From NCBI GenBank assembly GCA_905178155.1, contig CAJINV010000006.1, positions 3,844,130 to 3,908,129 on the forward strand: a stretch of 64,000 bases of DNA, given 5' to 3'. Source of the stretch: Amoebophrya sp. A120 (lineage: Eukaryota > Protista > Dinoflagellata). This document shows positions 11,242 to 23,413 of this stretch, piece by piece. The position numbers and the translations under genes are program-made. The stretch's first letter is position 1. Every line of letters starts with the position of its first letter. The notes under the pieces are model-generated. The model was given only the letters and a program-made list of their open reading frames with translations, was not told where the DNA came from and ran no database searches.

Positions 11242-13313
11242 TCAAACCCAAATTTTTTCGGGTTTCAGCATCAAGGTTTCTCGGTGCGATAGTTTTACGC
11301 TGTACCGATTTTCCTCGTTCACCCCGTCTTCACTCGCTATCACCCCAAAACAACCGTTCAAAAACGGCTTCGCCTGCAGGTTCTGTATCACCACCGGCGT
11401 GCCCTTCGGCCACTTGATCTTATGCAGCGGAAAACGGAATAAACCATTGTACATACTACTACGCGTAATTTTTGCATGCTAAATTTCAATTCTTTTTCGG
11501 AGACATAAGAACTGTGACGCAAATTCAAGTAAGAAGGCGCATCTGTTGCCAGACTCAGACTGCAAAAACTACAAGTACCACGAGTAGTTGTACGACACTT
11601 TTATTTATTTCACCGGATATATTTGCGAGGGTAGCAAAAACTCCTTCGTTTTTGCTTTCACGTACCCCGTATCAAATGTAAAAATGTCTGGGTCTGGAAG
11701 AATTCAAGTTTGTCATGCTTGTCTGGCATGACTCTTAAATCTGTCATGCACGTTAACAAAGAGCCCCACTTTTCTGTCATGCAGAAACGTAGTTTGTCAT
11801 GCAGAATAGGCAACACCTAGAAGCTCAGAAACTTGTCATGTTGAGCCAGCAATTGTTGCCTCCTCATGAAATGCCACACAGCATCACAAGTTTCCAGACG
11901 CAGACATTTTTACATTTGATACCCCGTTTCCCGTTCCGCGTCGACCGGCTGCGCCACCTTATGCACTGCAAAAATGTCTGGGTCTGGAAGGTTGGAACTT
12001 GTCATGCTAAATCTGAATCGCGCAAAAATCTGTGTTGCATGATTACCAAATGCTGCCCACTTTTGATCAAGTTGAGAGGCAGTTTCTCATGCAAGATAGG
12101 CATGATAGTGATCTCACGGAATCTGTCATGCTAGGTCCTCCATTACAGATCATATGGGTCATGGAAAACCTGCATGACAAGTCGAGCAAAGTTCCAGACC
12201 CAGACATTTTTGCAATGCATACACCTCTGAGGAGTGCCACGAAAAGTGTTCGACTTTCGTGGCCGACTCAGTATAATCGGGCTCATTTGTCGGTATGGTT
12301 ACCGGAAACAAGTTCCTCCGTCTCAACGCGGTCAAAGGTTGATTTGCAGCAGCGCTGAGATTGTTCTCTTCCGTGAGCTCGATGATTTCCACTAAGACCC
12401 GAACATCCTGCCCCTTGTAGTTGTACCCTCGCACCTTGGCAAGCTTCCCGTTCAGCTCCTGCCGGGCCTCGAGGAATAAAATCTTGCAGAAAGATATCGC
12501 AAGAAAAAAGTGTTACAGTTACACATGGTGTTGCAGGCCCAGTATGACAGACAACCTCTGTCATGCCAGAAATGCTTTTGAGCCTCGTTTCATACGTGTT
12601 TTCCCTTATGATCTTTGCATTCCAAGTTCTCTTTCTCATGCGGAGAAAATTTGTGTTGCTAAAATGACAGCGAGTGTGTAACTGTAACACTTTTTTCTCG
12701 TGATAAAAGAATCCAGGGGCAGAGGGCGGGACCCGGCGAGGGCGCAGGTTTCCAGCGTGGACTGTAAGTACTTCTTGACCACTTGGTTCTCCAATTGTAA
12801 ACTCCCACCCGAGGAGTTCTGGTCCACCGACTGCGCATACCGGATCACGTCCTCCCGGAGCCCGGCTAGGCAACTCCCCGCATCATCGTAGTTGGAGATG
12901 AGATGGATGCTGGGAATCCCCTGCACGCCGTATTTGATGCACATCTGGTCGCGGAGCCCTGCCTTTGCAAAATCGACCGCGAGCCAATCGTGCGGCATTT
13001 CCTGTCCGAAATACTGCTGAAATTCCTGGTCCGATTTGTCCCGCGAAACAAACACGATCCTGACCGTGCCCGGCGGAAACTTCTGGGAGAACTGGGCGAC
13101 CAGGGGGGTAAACTGCCGGCAGGGCGGACACCAGTGGGCGGAGAAGTAGAAGATAACCACTTCCCCTTTCTTCAGCGAAACCTGGTCGGCGGTTTTGGAA
13201 ACCACTTTCCCCGCGAGCTTCTCCTGGAAGGTCAAGTGGGGAAAAAACTTGTAGATGATGTGGCTGTTGGAAGCTGCCAGGGGGTCGACCCCTTTATTTG
13301 ATGTGGAAGCCAT
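11242..13313 (-). CDS. Thioredoxin-fold oxidoreductase of tryparedoxin/nucleoredoxin type, with two C-terminal 'L..xPxLNG..G.V...RY.V'-type modules
   Basis: FYFSAHWCPPCRQFTP, IVFVSRDKSDQEF and KYGVQGIPSIHLI are TryX/nucleoredoxin-like motifs. The frame is restored across introners 12495-12705, 11960-12221 and 11670-11921. The last exon (11242-~11455, VIQNLQAKPFLNGCFGVI...RYSVKL...LKPEKI) resembles the earlier FLEARQELNGKLAKV...VRVLV segment. The last intron (~11456-11619) is not exactly resolved. Confidence 0.85.
12495..12705. mobile_element. Introner family E (~160-220 bp; TIR TATCNNNNGAAAAAAGTGT...), representative copy, TSD AAAGA
   Basis: Other members, probably several subfamilies: 338-542 (CCGCA), 16384-16544 (TAGAA), 19256-19475 (AGACA), 21059-21275, 28250-28464, 51740-51959 (GACAC), 52903-53111 (AAATG). 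Confidence 0.9.
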
Positions 13314-13336
13314 CTTGGGCTTCACTTTAGTACTGT

Positions 13337-16300
13337 ACTACACTACGAATCCAAATTTGTCATGCAAAACAGCCAACACTTGTGGACGTGTCTAGCCGAT
13401 TCCCCATCTTGACTATGGTGTGGGTACGTTTTTACTCAGAATATTTCATTATGTTTGCTCGTAAGTCCTAGGAATGCGTCTTTGCACCATAGACTGATAA
13501 GATCATAACATATGCGTACTCATCACCAACATGTCATGCGCAGCAACGAGAAGAAGTGGAACATTTGTGTCCCTGTCCTGCTGTACTGTTTCATCGTATA
13601 GAAAAACTTACTTAAGTACCCCATGCTGCTCTTAAAAGCCAGCTTCTGCTTTGCATATGGCCAACTTAGAGCACACAGTTTGCCATGCTAAACAGGATTG
13701 AAGGGAAGCTTTGTCATGCATCAACGGCATTTGTACGTGTACGGGTGGAAATTAAATGTGGATAGCTTCAGAAAGGGTTGCATTAGGCTCAAGTGCGTGC
13801 GAAATTTCGTCTGAATGCACTTCACATGCTCGAAAAACCGCTTCAGGCCCTTTTGAAGAGAAACCGGAATCTTGAAGAGAAACCGGAACACCTTCGTTAT
13901 CAAAATGAAAAATCCCCCCACCCCATACTCAAACTAGAAACTTGTGATGCAGATTTGTGGTCACAAATCAGCTTTGTCATGCTAGAAGGGAAAAGATGCG
14001 AGCTGTAGTGCTGGTTGGCGTGGGAATAAACCTTCGCATCTTCAGCATGACAGGGGGCAGCTGGAAGTGGGAAACAGCATGAAAAATTGCCTGCAAACGA
14101 GGCCACAGCTGCGTCGGTCTCTTGGCCTTCTAGCATTACAAGTCGATTTGTGAGTGTACAACTCAAACACAGCATCACAAATTTCGTTTTCGATATGGGG
14201 ACGAGGGGGGATTTATTTTCCTTTTGATATTCGTCCCGCGCACTGCACGCTTCAATTTGTGGAGAAACCGAAACACCCGAACCATGGCGCACCACCGGCC
14301 TTCGTTGTACCGCTTGCGCGCGTCGAGAGAATTGCTCAGCAGCAGACGGTGCATGATAGCTGGAGTGGGAAAATTTATGAAGTTAGAACTTGTCATTGTG
14401 AAATTTGTACGCTGGTTTTGCTTTTGGAACGGAAAAAAAGCAAAGATCTTTGGGCGGGAGCCGAACTGCTTCAGATTTCTCGGCAGCTTCGTCTGGCTGT
14501 GTTGTGTCCCGAGATCTGGGAAAGTTTCCAAATTTCGGATGTGGAAAGGGGTCGACCCCTTTATTTGATGTGGAAGCCATCTTGGTCTTCATTTAGCAGT
14601 GCCTCCGTTATGCACTGCAAAAGCATCGTACTAGTGTAAATTGCATTACAAATTTTGCCAGCATGAGAAATAAAATTTGTCATGCGGATTTACATTAAGA
14701 AAAAAATTTGTAATGCATGACTGCAATTACTACGAGTACGATACTTTTGCAGAGGATATCCGTTTATCATCGACAAACCGACGTCTTCTTCCGCGTGGGA
14801 TGCTATGACAGTGCACAACTTTCCCTCCCTCTCATTTGTCAAGCATGAACAGCAATACAAGCATCAACAAGAGTGCCGGTTTTGCATGACAAATTTGCAG
14901 CACATGAGTGTCCTTAGGCTACCACAACTTGCCATGTAAACGCTGCCAAGAGGCAAAGGGTGGATTGGGTATTTTGCATGACAAATGAGGGAATGAAGGG
15001 TGAGTTGTGTACTGTCCTAGATGCTTCCGCAGAGTCACTCTCCCGCAACACCAACTCGTCCTTTATCAGCTCCTTTTTCCCCTCATTCGCGTGGTATGGT
15101 GAGTAAAAAGGTCCCCACACGACCAGAGTCAACATGGGAAATCTGCTAGACAAATCAGCAGGCTTTGGCTGTTGCGCATGACAGATTTGGGCTCGCAAGG
15201 TAGTCCGATGCTTAGCTAGTGCAGCAGCATCACAGACCTAGCACATTATGCGGATTTGAGCATCAGAAATCTCAATCATGGGTCTCCGCATGAGAAACAT
15301 TAACATTTCCAGCAGCATGCAGATTTGCATTACAACTCTGGGAGGGTCGTGGGGACGTTTTTACAAATGATACGTGGTTTTCCTTCTTCACCCACAAATT
15401 CTTCTTCTTCAATTCCTCCTCCAACTCCCGGCGCACCAATATGGAATGCAAATCTGTCTGACTCTGGGTCTGGAAATTTGTGATGCTAAAATGTGCATGA
15501 CGAAAACACCCCCTCATGCAGGAAAGCATGACAAGGTTGCAGAGCACTTCCTCATACGCGCTCCGCATGAGAAACTGCGTTTTTGTATGACAAGAGAGGC
15601 CTCGACTTTTGTGGGTCGACCCCTTTATTTGATGTGGAAGCCATCTTGGTCTTCCCTTTAGTACTGTTGATCTTAGGAACAGCAAAAAATCTTCGGCTTG
15701 AAGTATTACTTCAAAATGTCCGCTTAGGTCCTCAGGGGACCTTCGACCCACCCAGGTGGGTGGGCCTTAGGTCCCCTGCCCTAAAAATTATTACAAGATA
15801 ACAAGGAGCCTAGACGCTCTGGTGGTGTCGGCCTACTGTTACACCACACGGCGCAACCCCCGGCGAATCACGACCGGAATAAGCGCACCGATACCGATAC
15901 CAGCTAGCTCGGGCGTCTGCGCCCAACCAAAAAAGAAAGGTCATGAGTTCGGCTCTTCATGGAAAAAGGGGCGACGCCTCCCACCCCTTGGTCTGCCCCC
16001 GGTGGCGCGAGCTTTTAGCCCGAGCTTCCAACAACTAAGAAAAAAGTGAAGCTTCCAGACCCAGACATTTTTACATTTGATAGTAAATTCCTCCCGTCCA
16101 ATCCGGCACCGCCGTGAATTGGAAGGAGCGGTAAAAGGAATTTCGGTACAGTATCACAGACGCACCTTTCGCGCAAAACCCGTACTTATGCGTATCGACG
16201 GAGATGGACGTGCAGCCGTATCCTGGGCAAAAGTACTATCGCTGCACTCGAAGTACCTCTAATCGCAGACATGCAAGACAAATTTCTTTTGCAAGGTAAA

Positions 16301-16337
16301 GCACCATGACAAATTCCATTTGTCATGCTCATGCTGA
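13337..16337 (-). pseudogene. Scrambled fragments of gene 1 and of the S1P lyase gene, interleaved with copies of the thioredoxin start region
   Basis: Approximate matches: 13337-13443 to 2741-2847; 13450-13655 to 1680-1875; 13660-13851 to 2357-2552; 13872-14455 to 6741-6965; 14850-15087 to 1-254; 16083-16329 to 18581-19099 (lacking one introner). Confidence 0.88.
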
Positions 16338-17394
16338 GACCCCTTTATTTGATGTGGAAGCCATCTTGGTCTTCACTTTAGAATATCACAGGAAAAAGTG
16401 TTAACGTTAACGGTTTTCACAGATTGCATTCATGCATCACAAATGTAGCCCAATATGCATGCTATGCATGACAAATTCTGACACGTCTTGTGATGCATTT
16501 CTGCATCACAAATTCCGTTAACGTTAACACTTTTTCTTGTGATATAGAAGTACTGTTGATCTTACAAACAGATAAAAAAAAAAACAGCTTGAAGTAATAT
16601 AAACAAGCGTTGAAAGTCAAATGATCAGTCTACTAGGTGCTAGGGATGAGAGGAGAAAGCGAGCTCCACATAAGTGTGCCGTTGATCTCGAGGGGCTAAA
16701 AGTGATGCTGTATTGCAGCGGCAACCTAGTACAGAAAGCTAGCGCCGTGCGGGTTCTACAAACCAAAGAACGGAATTGCGGCGTCTTCTCGTCGTGCCTG
16801 GTTAAAAACAAAATCTAAATGGAAAGAAAACGAAAAAGTATACCGAGCAAAAAATGATTTTCATAGGCTTTTGAGGTCGTGGTCCTGCAATGTCAGGTGC
16901 AGCAGATGCAGAAGCAGATGTAAACATCAAGGCAAATAAGGGCAAAAGATGGCTCTCAGCATGTTGAACGTCTACGTCAAGGTCAACATTCTAAGTACAA
17001 ACGTAAAAATAACAATTGTACTGGATCGCTAGACAAATTCGGACCCGGGAGCCGAAGCGTCATCTTCATGTTGATATCCTTTTCATCTCCTCACTGATCG
17101 AATGATGAAAAAGAACTATGTGCAAGATCATTGAGTACTAGTAGAAGAACATACGTCAGCTCTTGCATTCCGATTGCTGCGCAGGTGTAAGAGCAACTAC
17201 GTGTGCGAAAGAGTTCTTGGCTCTCATCTTCATTTGCACCAGCTCTAGCCGGACACCTGGTAATCACGTGGACATCAATAATTCTTGCCACCTTTACCTA
17301 CATCTTTGTTGTTCTTGTTCACAATCTTCGTGACTAGTAACACCAATCCCCGAAAAAACTCGACGTTCTCGCTTTATCAATCGATGTTTTCATA

Positions 17395-20300
17395 TCACTC
17401 TGCCGTTGCCGCCGGACTTCTTTGTTCTGCCGGCGTGGTTCCTGTGGTGGTGGAGGAATTATCGCCTGATGAACCACCGCCACAGATTTCGGACGAAGTA
17501 GAAGTAGAAGTAGATGGAGACGTCACTGTTTTCTGCACCTTGTAACACGAATCCAGGTACACCTTGGTCAGGTCTCCCGCGAGCGAATTTGGGATACTGG
17601 CCGCCATTCCGTAGACGCCGGCCGCGGCTTTCTTGTTCCACGCTGGATCTGCAAGACAAATCTCCACCGACTTTTCCAAATCCGCAACGAACCGACTCTC
17701 GCTCTCCTTGGTTGTTTCGTCCAGCACATAATCGGCCACCGCCACCGGGAGCGTGACACACAGGTGAATGCTTGGTGGGTTTTGCAAGGAGTTCAAGTTC
17801 CAGTCGAATTTCTCCCGCATTATGCTCGCAATCGCGTAGATGTTCACTTCTTTCGGTTTTCTCGACGCCAGACACACGACGGAGGTGTCGCACTTCCCTA
17901 GCTGTTGCAGGTACTGGCAAATCAAAGGCCGTCGTGGTGGTGGTGGTCCTGGTTCATCTTCTGCTGGTGTACTAGTGGTTTTTGTTGCAGCAGCTTCCTG
18001 TATCTCCGCCTCGATCCTGCGTTATGCATTGCAAATATGTTGTCTGGGTCTAGAAAAGTGCAGGTGAAGTTTGTAATGCAAATTTTGCACGACCCAGAGT
18101 GTCTGTTATGCAAGACCCAGCATCACAGGTCGCGCTTTGACAGCCTCGCGATGTTGCCTACTCTGCATGAGAAATCCGCTCTGAACATGGCCAAAAATAG
18201 ACAGCTTTTGCTGTTCATGCAATACAGATTTTTGTGGGCTCTGAAATGCGCATCACAAGATTCAACCTGCCAGTCCCAGACATGTTTTTTGCACTGCATA
18301 TGCGTGCGCAGGCGACAATTTTTCCCGTGCACTCCACATATCCGTCTCTTCCAAACGAAACCAAAGCGGCGTAAGTGGTCGCCGCAATGCCGCCGTTCTA
18401 TGAACTGCAAAAGTATCGTACTCGTAATCGTATAAATGCATGACAAATTCCCTCAGCATGAGAAATAAAATTTGTAATGCGGACTTACCTTGAGAAAAAA
18501 AATTGCAATGCATGATTGCAATACGAGTGCGATACTTTTGCACAGGATACGTTCCGGCTCCCGGCGATGGTGGGGGTCGCGTAAATTCCTCCCGTCCAAT
18601 CCGGCACGGCCGTAAACTGGAAGGAGCGGTAAAAGGAATTTCGGTACAGTATCACGGACGCTATCAAAAGTAAAAATGTCTGGGTCTGGAAGATTTCTAG
18701 ACTTGTCATGCAGGTTTTGCATGAGTCTTGATGTCTGTGATGCGTGCCCGAGCATCACAGATTTTTTGAGGGTTTGAGGGCTTCTTGATGCCTATTCCGC
18801 ATGACAAATGCCATCTCCGCGTAGCAAAAATCACATTCCCTTTGCCGCTCATGCAATACAGATTTTTTTGCAATCCAAATGCAGCATCACAAGTTCCAAT
18901 CTTCCAGACCCAGACATTTGTACATTTGATAGACGCACCTTTCGCGCAAAACCCGTACTTATGCGTGTCGACGGAGATGGAGGTGCAGCCTTATCCTGTG
19001 CAAAACTAGTCGCTGCACTCGAAGTACTTCTTATCGCAGTCATGCAAGACAAATTTCTTTTGCAAGGTAAATCACCATGACAAATTCCATTTGTCATGCT
19101 GAGTCAATTTGCAATGCAATCTGTTACTACTAGAAGTACGTGCGCGATAGTGCTTTTGAAGTTCATAAGCCGCGCAACTCGGCAAAAGTGAAGGGTTGAC
19201 TGGTCTTGCCTAATCCGGCCAGCTCGATGAAAGGGAGTAAAAACCCGCCCAGACATATCACAGGAAAAAAGTGTTACAGTTGCACACTTGTTGAAGTTTC
19301 TGCATCACAAAGTTGCTCGACATGGCAAAGAAAACCTGTACCTGTGATGCGCAGACTACAATGGAAAACACGAACGAAATGAGGCTGGCATGCATTTCCT
19401 GCATGACAGAGGGTGTCTGTCTTGCTTGTCTTCCATTAGAGTGTGTAAACTGGAAAACACTTTTTTCTCGGGATAAGACACGCGTCCACGTGAAAGGGAA
19501 TTTTGTTCGGCACGGCAATCTCGTCACTGATGCTCAACAACGGATCCATGGCTCCGTTCGGGTAGTTCGGGGCGGAGTTTCACATGCAAATATGTCTGGG
19601 TCCGGGAGAATGCAGATATTTGTCCTGCTCCTGCTGTTTTTGCATGACACAGAAGGGCTGGCATGGAAGCCCTAGCATCACAGGTTGCGAACAACAGGCA
19701 TCCCAATGCCTAATCCGCATGACAAATCACCTCTTTCTGCATGACAAGAAGTCGTAGTCGAGCCTTTTGCTGGCCATGCATGACAGATCTTGGCATGATG
19801 TAGAAATTCGCATCACAAATTCGAACTCTTCCAGTTCACCCAGATATAAAATGCATTTGATACGGAGCCCACAACCGCGACTGTGTCCTCGTCGACCAAT
19901 TTCTTCATTTCCGCGACGTTGACGCCTCCCGGAACTACTTTTCTGCAGCTCCCGGTCGAATCTACTACGTCTGCTTGTTCGCCAGCAGTAGCACCTCCCG
20001 CAACGATTCCGCACTTTCTTAACTTGATGCCGAAATACAGGGCCGCTTTGTCGAAGGCAGCGTGGGCGGTGTATGCATTGCAAATATGTCTGGGTCCTCT
20101 GGCAGGATGCGAACTTGTCATGCACATTTTGCAGGACCCGTGACGTCTGTGATGCTGGTGCTAGTGTCACAATCTTTATTTTGAGAGTGTCTTGATGCTA
20201 CTTCTATACGCATGAGAAATGCCCTCATCTCCGCGTGCCAAGAACTACTGGATTCCTCTTGCTGCTCATGCAAGAACACAGATACTTTCAGAATCCGCAG

Positions 20301-22292
20301 ACAGCATTACAAATTCCACTCTTCCGGATGACCCAGACATATTTGCAGTTGATACGGTGACAGGCAAGACAATGTTCGGAATCCGGGTGTTGCTGGGATC
20401 GGTTAGCTATTCTGTGCAAAAGCATCGCACTCGTACTAATTGCAAATCTGCATGACAACTCTTCTTCCAAACGTAAAACAGCATTACAAATTGCATTTTT
20501 CATGCTGAGCAAATTTGCAATGCAATTCATACGAAGTACGATGCTTTTGCAATGCATATTAGCTCGATGTTGTTCTCCGAAAGCCACTTATTCCGATACG
20601 ACAGCATCGCCATCAAAATGGATTCCGTTCCCCCAGTGGTCAGAGATCCACACACGACGCATCGTAAGGAAAAATTCCCCCTGCCTATATCGAAAAGGAA
20701 GCCACAGAAAATTTGCGATGCTGATTTGTGACCACAAATCGTCTCTGTCTTGCAAGAAGGCAAATCCACGTGCTGCGCCGCATTATGCAGGTGGTTTGTT
20801 ATGCTTTTGGGCCTACAGTGTGGACACTTGTAATGCTAGGCGTCTATGGAAAAACCTCGCCGCCCAGGGTTGGCATATGCCTGCAGTCCTCTACTGCAAG
20901 ACAAATCTGATTTGTGTACGGAAATCCAGCATCACAGATTTCCGTTTCGATATGGGGAGGGGGGATTTTTCTTTTTGATACGAGGGTGGCACTGGTTTGT
21001 ACTTCCTGACGTGACTGCTCTACTTTCCCTTGTTGACTAGTAGTTGCGCCGGTAAACGTATCCAAGAAAAAATCTGTGTTAGTGTAACTTTCTTTCTTTT
21101 TGGTTGGCAGCATCACAAATTTGCTCTACATGACAGAGAAAACCAGTCATGCGCGGATTGTCCAGGGAAAACACACAGGAAAAGAGGACATCATGGCTGT
21201 CTGGCATGACAGGTGTATACTCTGTTGCATGTTCTGCATCACAGAGTTACACTTACACAGTTTTCTTCTTGGATAAAACAGGTCGCCCACCATGGCGATC
21301 ACTTCGGCTTCCAGCTGCCGGCAATTGTTGAACAAGTCGGAGTGGAGCGGGTTGGAGAGTATGAAATGCAAAAGCATCGTACTAGTATGAATTGCATTAC
21401 AAATTTTTCCAGCATGAGAAATGAAATTTGTCATGCGGATTTACTAATGCATGACTGCAATTACTACGAGTACGATACTTTTGCAAAGGATAGAGAGCAT
21501 AAACATCCCGTACGCTTCCTTCATCACAGTGTTCACATCAATCGCCAGTGCAGAGGAAGAGTTGTCTTTAGTTTTGCTCCTGGGTTCATCTTGTTTCGTG
21601 GGCATCTTGTTCAAGTCCGCGGATTGATAGTAGACGGCGCCGGATATTTTCCCGTTGTTCCAGTGGGCTTTGTCTTCGTCCGCTCGAGATTGCAGGAGTT
21701 GGAGGATCTTTTCCTTGGGAAGCCCCGCCGCTGGCAAAGCGGTGTAACAGGAGGAGGAGGAAGACGCTGAAGATGTTCTTACTCGCTCAGTGTTACTTCC
21801 TTGTTTCAACACTTCTCTTGTCGTTATAATTGTCGCGTCCAAGTTTTTGGACAATTCGGTGTCAAAGCCCGTTTCCATCTTCACCATCTCTTTCTCGATT
21901 TTGCTCCGCGTGCCGAACAGGTTGTACTTTTTGAGCACGTTTTGAAAAACCGCCTGGACCAAAAAACGCTCGTACACGTAGAATTTAGCCACTTGAAAAA
22001 TGGAGTTGTTGTGATCCTTCAGCAGAGTCTGCATCGGCTTCCAGACGTGTTTGCGGATCAGAAACACCGCAAAGAGGAAGTTGAAGATTTGCCGGAGTTG
22101 TTTTTTGTGCAGAACGTGCTTCTTCAAAAAGCTGTCCAGCTTAGGCGGAATTGGTAGCAGTAGATTGTCCGTATTCACGACTGCCAGCGAAAGAAACTGG
22201 ACTTTGTGTTGCAGAAACAGCAAGAAAGCTGGGTAGGTCAACAGCCAGTCGGCTGTGGAGGAGTTCGTGGGGAACGGTGCGGGCGGGGGCAT
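17395..22292 (-). CDS. SGPL1: Sphingosine-1-phosphate lyase (PLP-dependent group II decarboxylase family), interrupted by 11 introners
   Basis: Motifs seen after removing introners: [83 protein letters not shown] (PLP lysine), DWTGGIYATPTIAGSR, LNSLQNPPSIHLCVT, GVYGMAASIP. A hydrophobic N-terminal segment is present. Start codon 22292 is inferred. Confidence 0.93.
18399..18549. mobile_element. Introner family B (~150 bp; TIR TATSNNNTGCAAAAGYATCGTACT), representative copy, TSD CGTTC
   Basis: Other members: 631-1155 (expanded), 7764-7965, 14609-14758, 18992-19167, 20408-20558, 21360-21492, 26594-26743, 35254-35403, 37042-37190, 39290-39451, 40577-40729, 45041-45190, 46753-46908, 50869-51038, 53609-53757, 56726-56893. 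Most have perfect 5-bp direct repeats. Confidence 0.95.
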
Positions 22293-23413
22293 CTTGATGT
22301 TGTGGCTTTTGCTTAAGTATATTTGCCGACGTCGACGTGATGTGCACAAAATAATAGTAGGAACGTACCACTTGAAGCAGTTTGCTGCAGGTCCGTCACA
22401 CGACTGCCAGTCCTCTAATGAGGTTACAACTCACTGGGTACTTGATACAGAATCATCATCTCATTGTTGTAATACCTGTTCCTGTTCCTGTAGCGGTTTT
22501 GGTAATATCAAGCTCTTCAACTTACACAAATGTCGCAGCGACCGGACGAGTCAGCGAGAGAGACTACTACTTCACTTGCTTCTATAGTTACAAGGCTCAA
22601 GGACCTCCCGAGCAGATGAGAACTAATGATCTGCGTACAACGACTACAACAGGGCGAGACAGTTGTACCATGACGGAGACCACGGGGGGAGTAAACCTAA
22701 ACAATCTTTTTCTTTATACGGAAAATGGTGAGTAGATGTAGAAGTTGGAGTAGACCTGAACCAGAGGATTGATTGAAGAGACCAAAAAACTTGCAAGCTC
22801 CTTGGATAAAGAATTCAGAAGCCCAACGCACTCTGATCTTTCAGTTCTCCAGAGAGGAAAAAAAAAAGGACACTCGTGTCAATTTGTGGGTGAGGGTGAC
22901 TACATGATGTCTGTCAAACAAAAAAATACCGACGGTGTGGTCTTGTTGGTGTTTTTCTCGAACAACCACGGGCAATACAGCTAGTAGCACTTCTCCTCGA
23001 AGATCTCTCAAAGAAAAAGTTTGCCAGCGCTCGCAGTTTCATGTTCGGAGCATTTGCATTGGAATAAAATCATCAACATGTACGAGCGACCGGCTGCTGT
23101 TTTGCAGCGGTCGCAGCTGCAGCCCGGCCCGGTCGCAGGCACCACGAAAGGTTTACACACTTCTGAATGGGGAACAAACAAGTAAGTAAGTAGCTAGGAG
23201 GATCATGGTCCACGTCCTCTACTACTTGTAGAGTGCCATCTTCAGGAAACATGTTGCTGCTGTTTTTCACAGAGGTATTGTTTTGCCCGGAGGTGGACGA
23301 GCAGAAGGCGAAGCTTCTCTTCCTTCCTGACGTAAAACTGAAGTAAGTAAATCAAAATTACTTAGAAAGATCCCCTCCTTCTATCATGCAGCTATTCGAC
23401 TTCATCGGATTGT

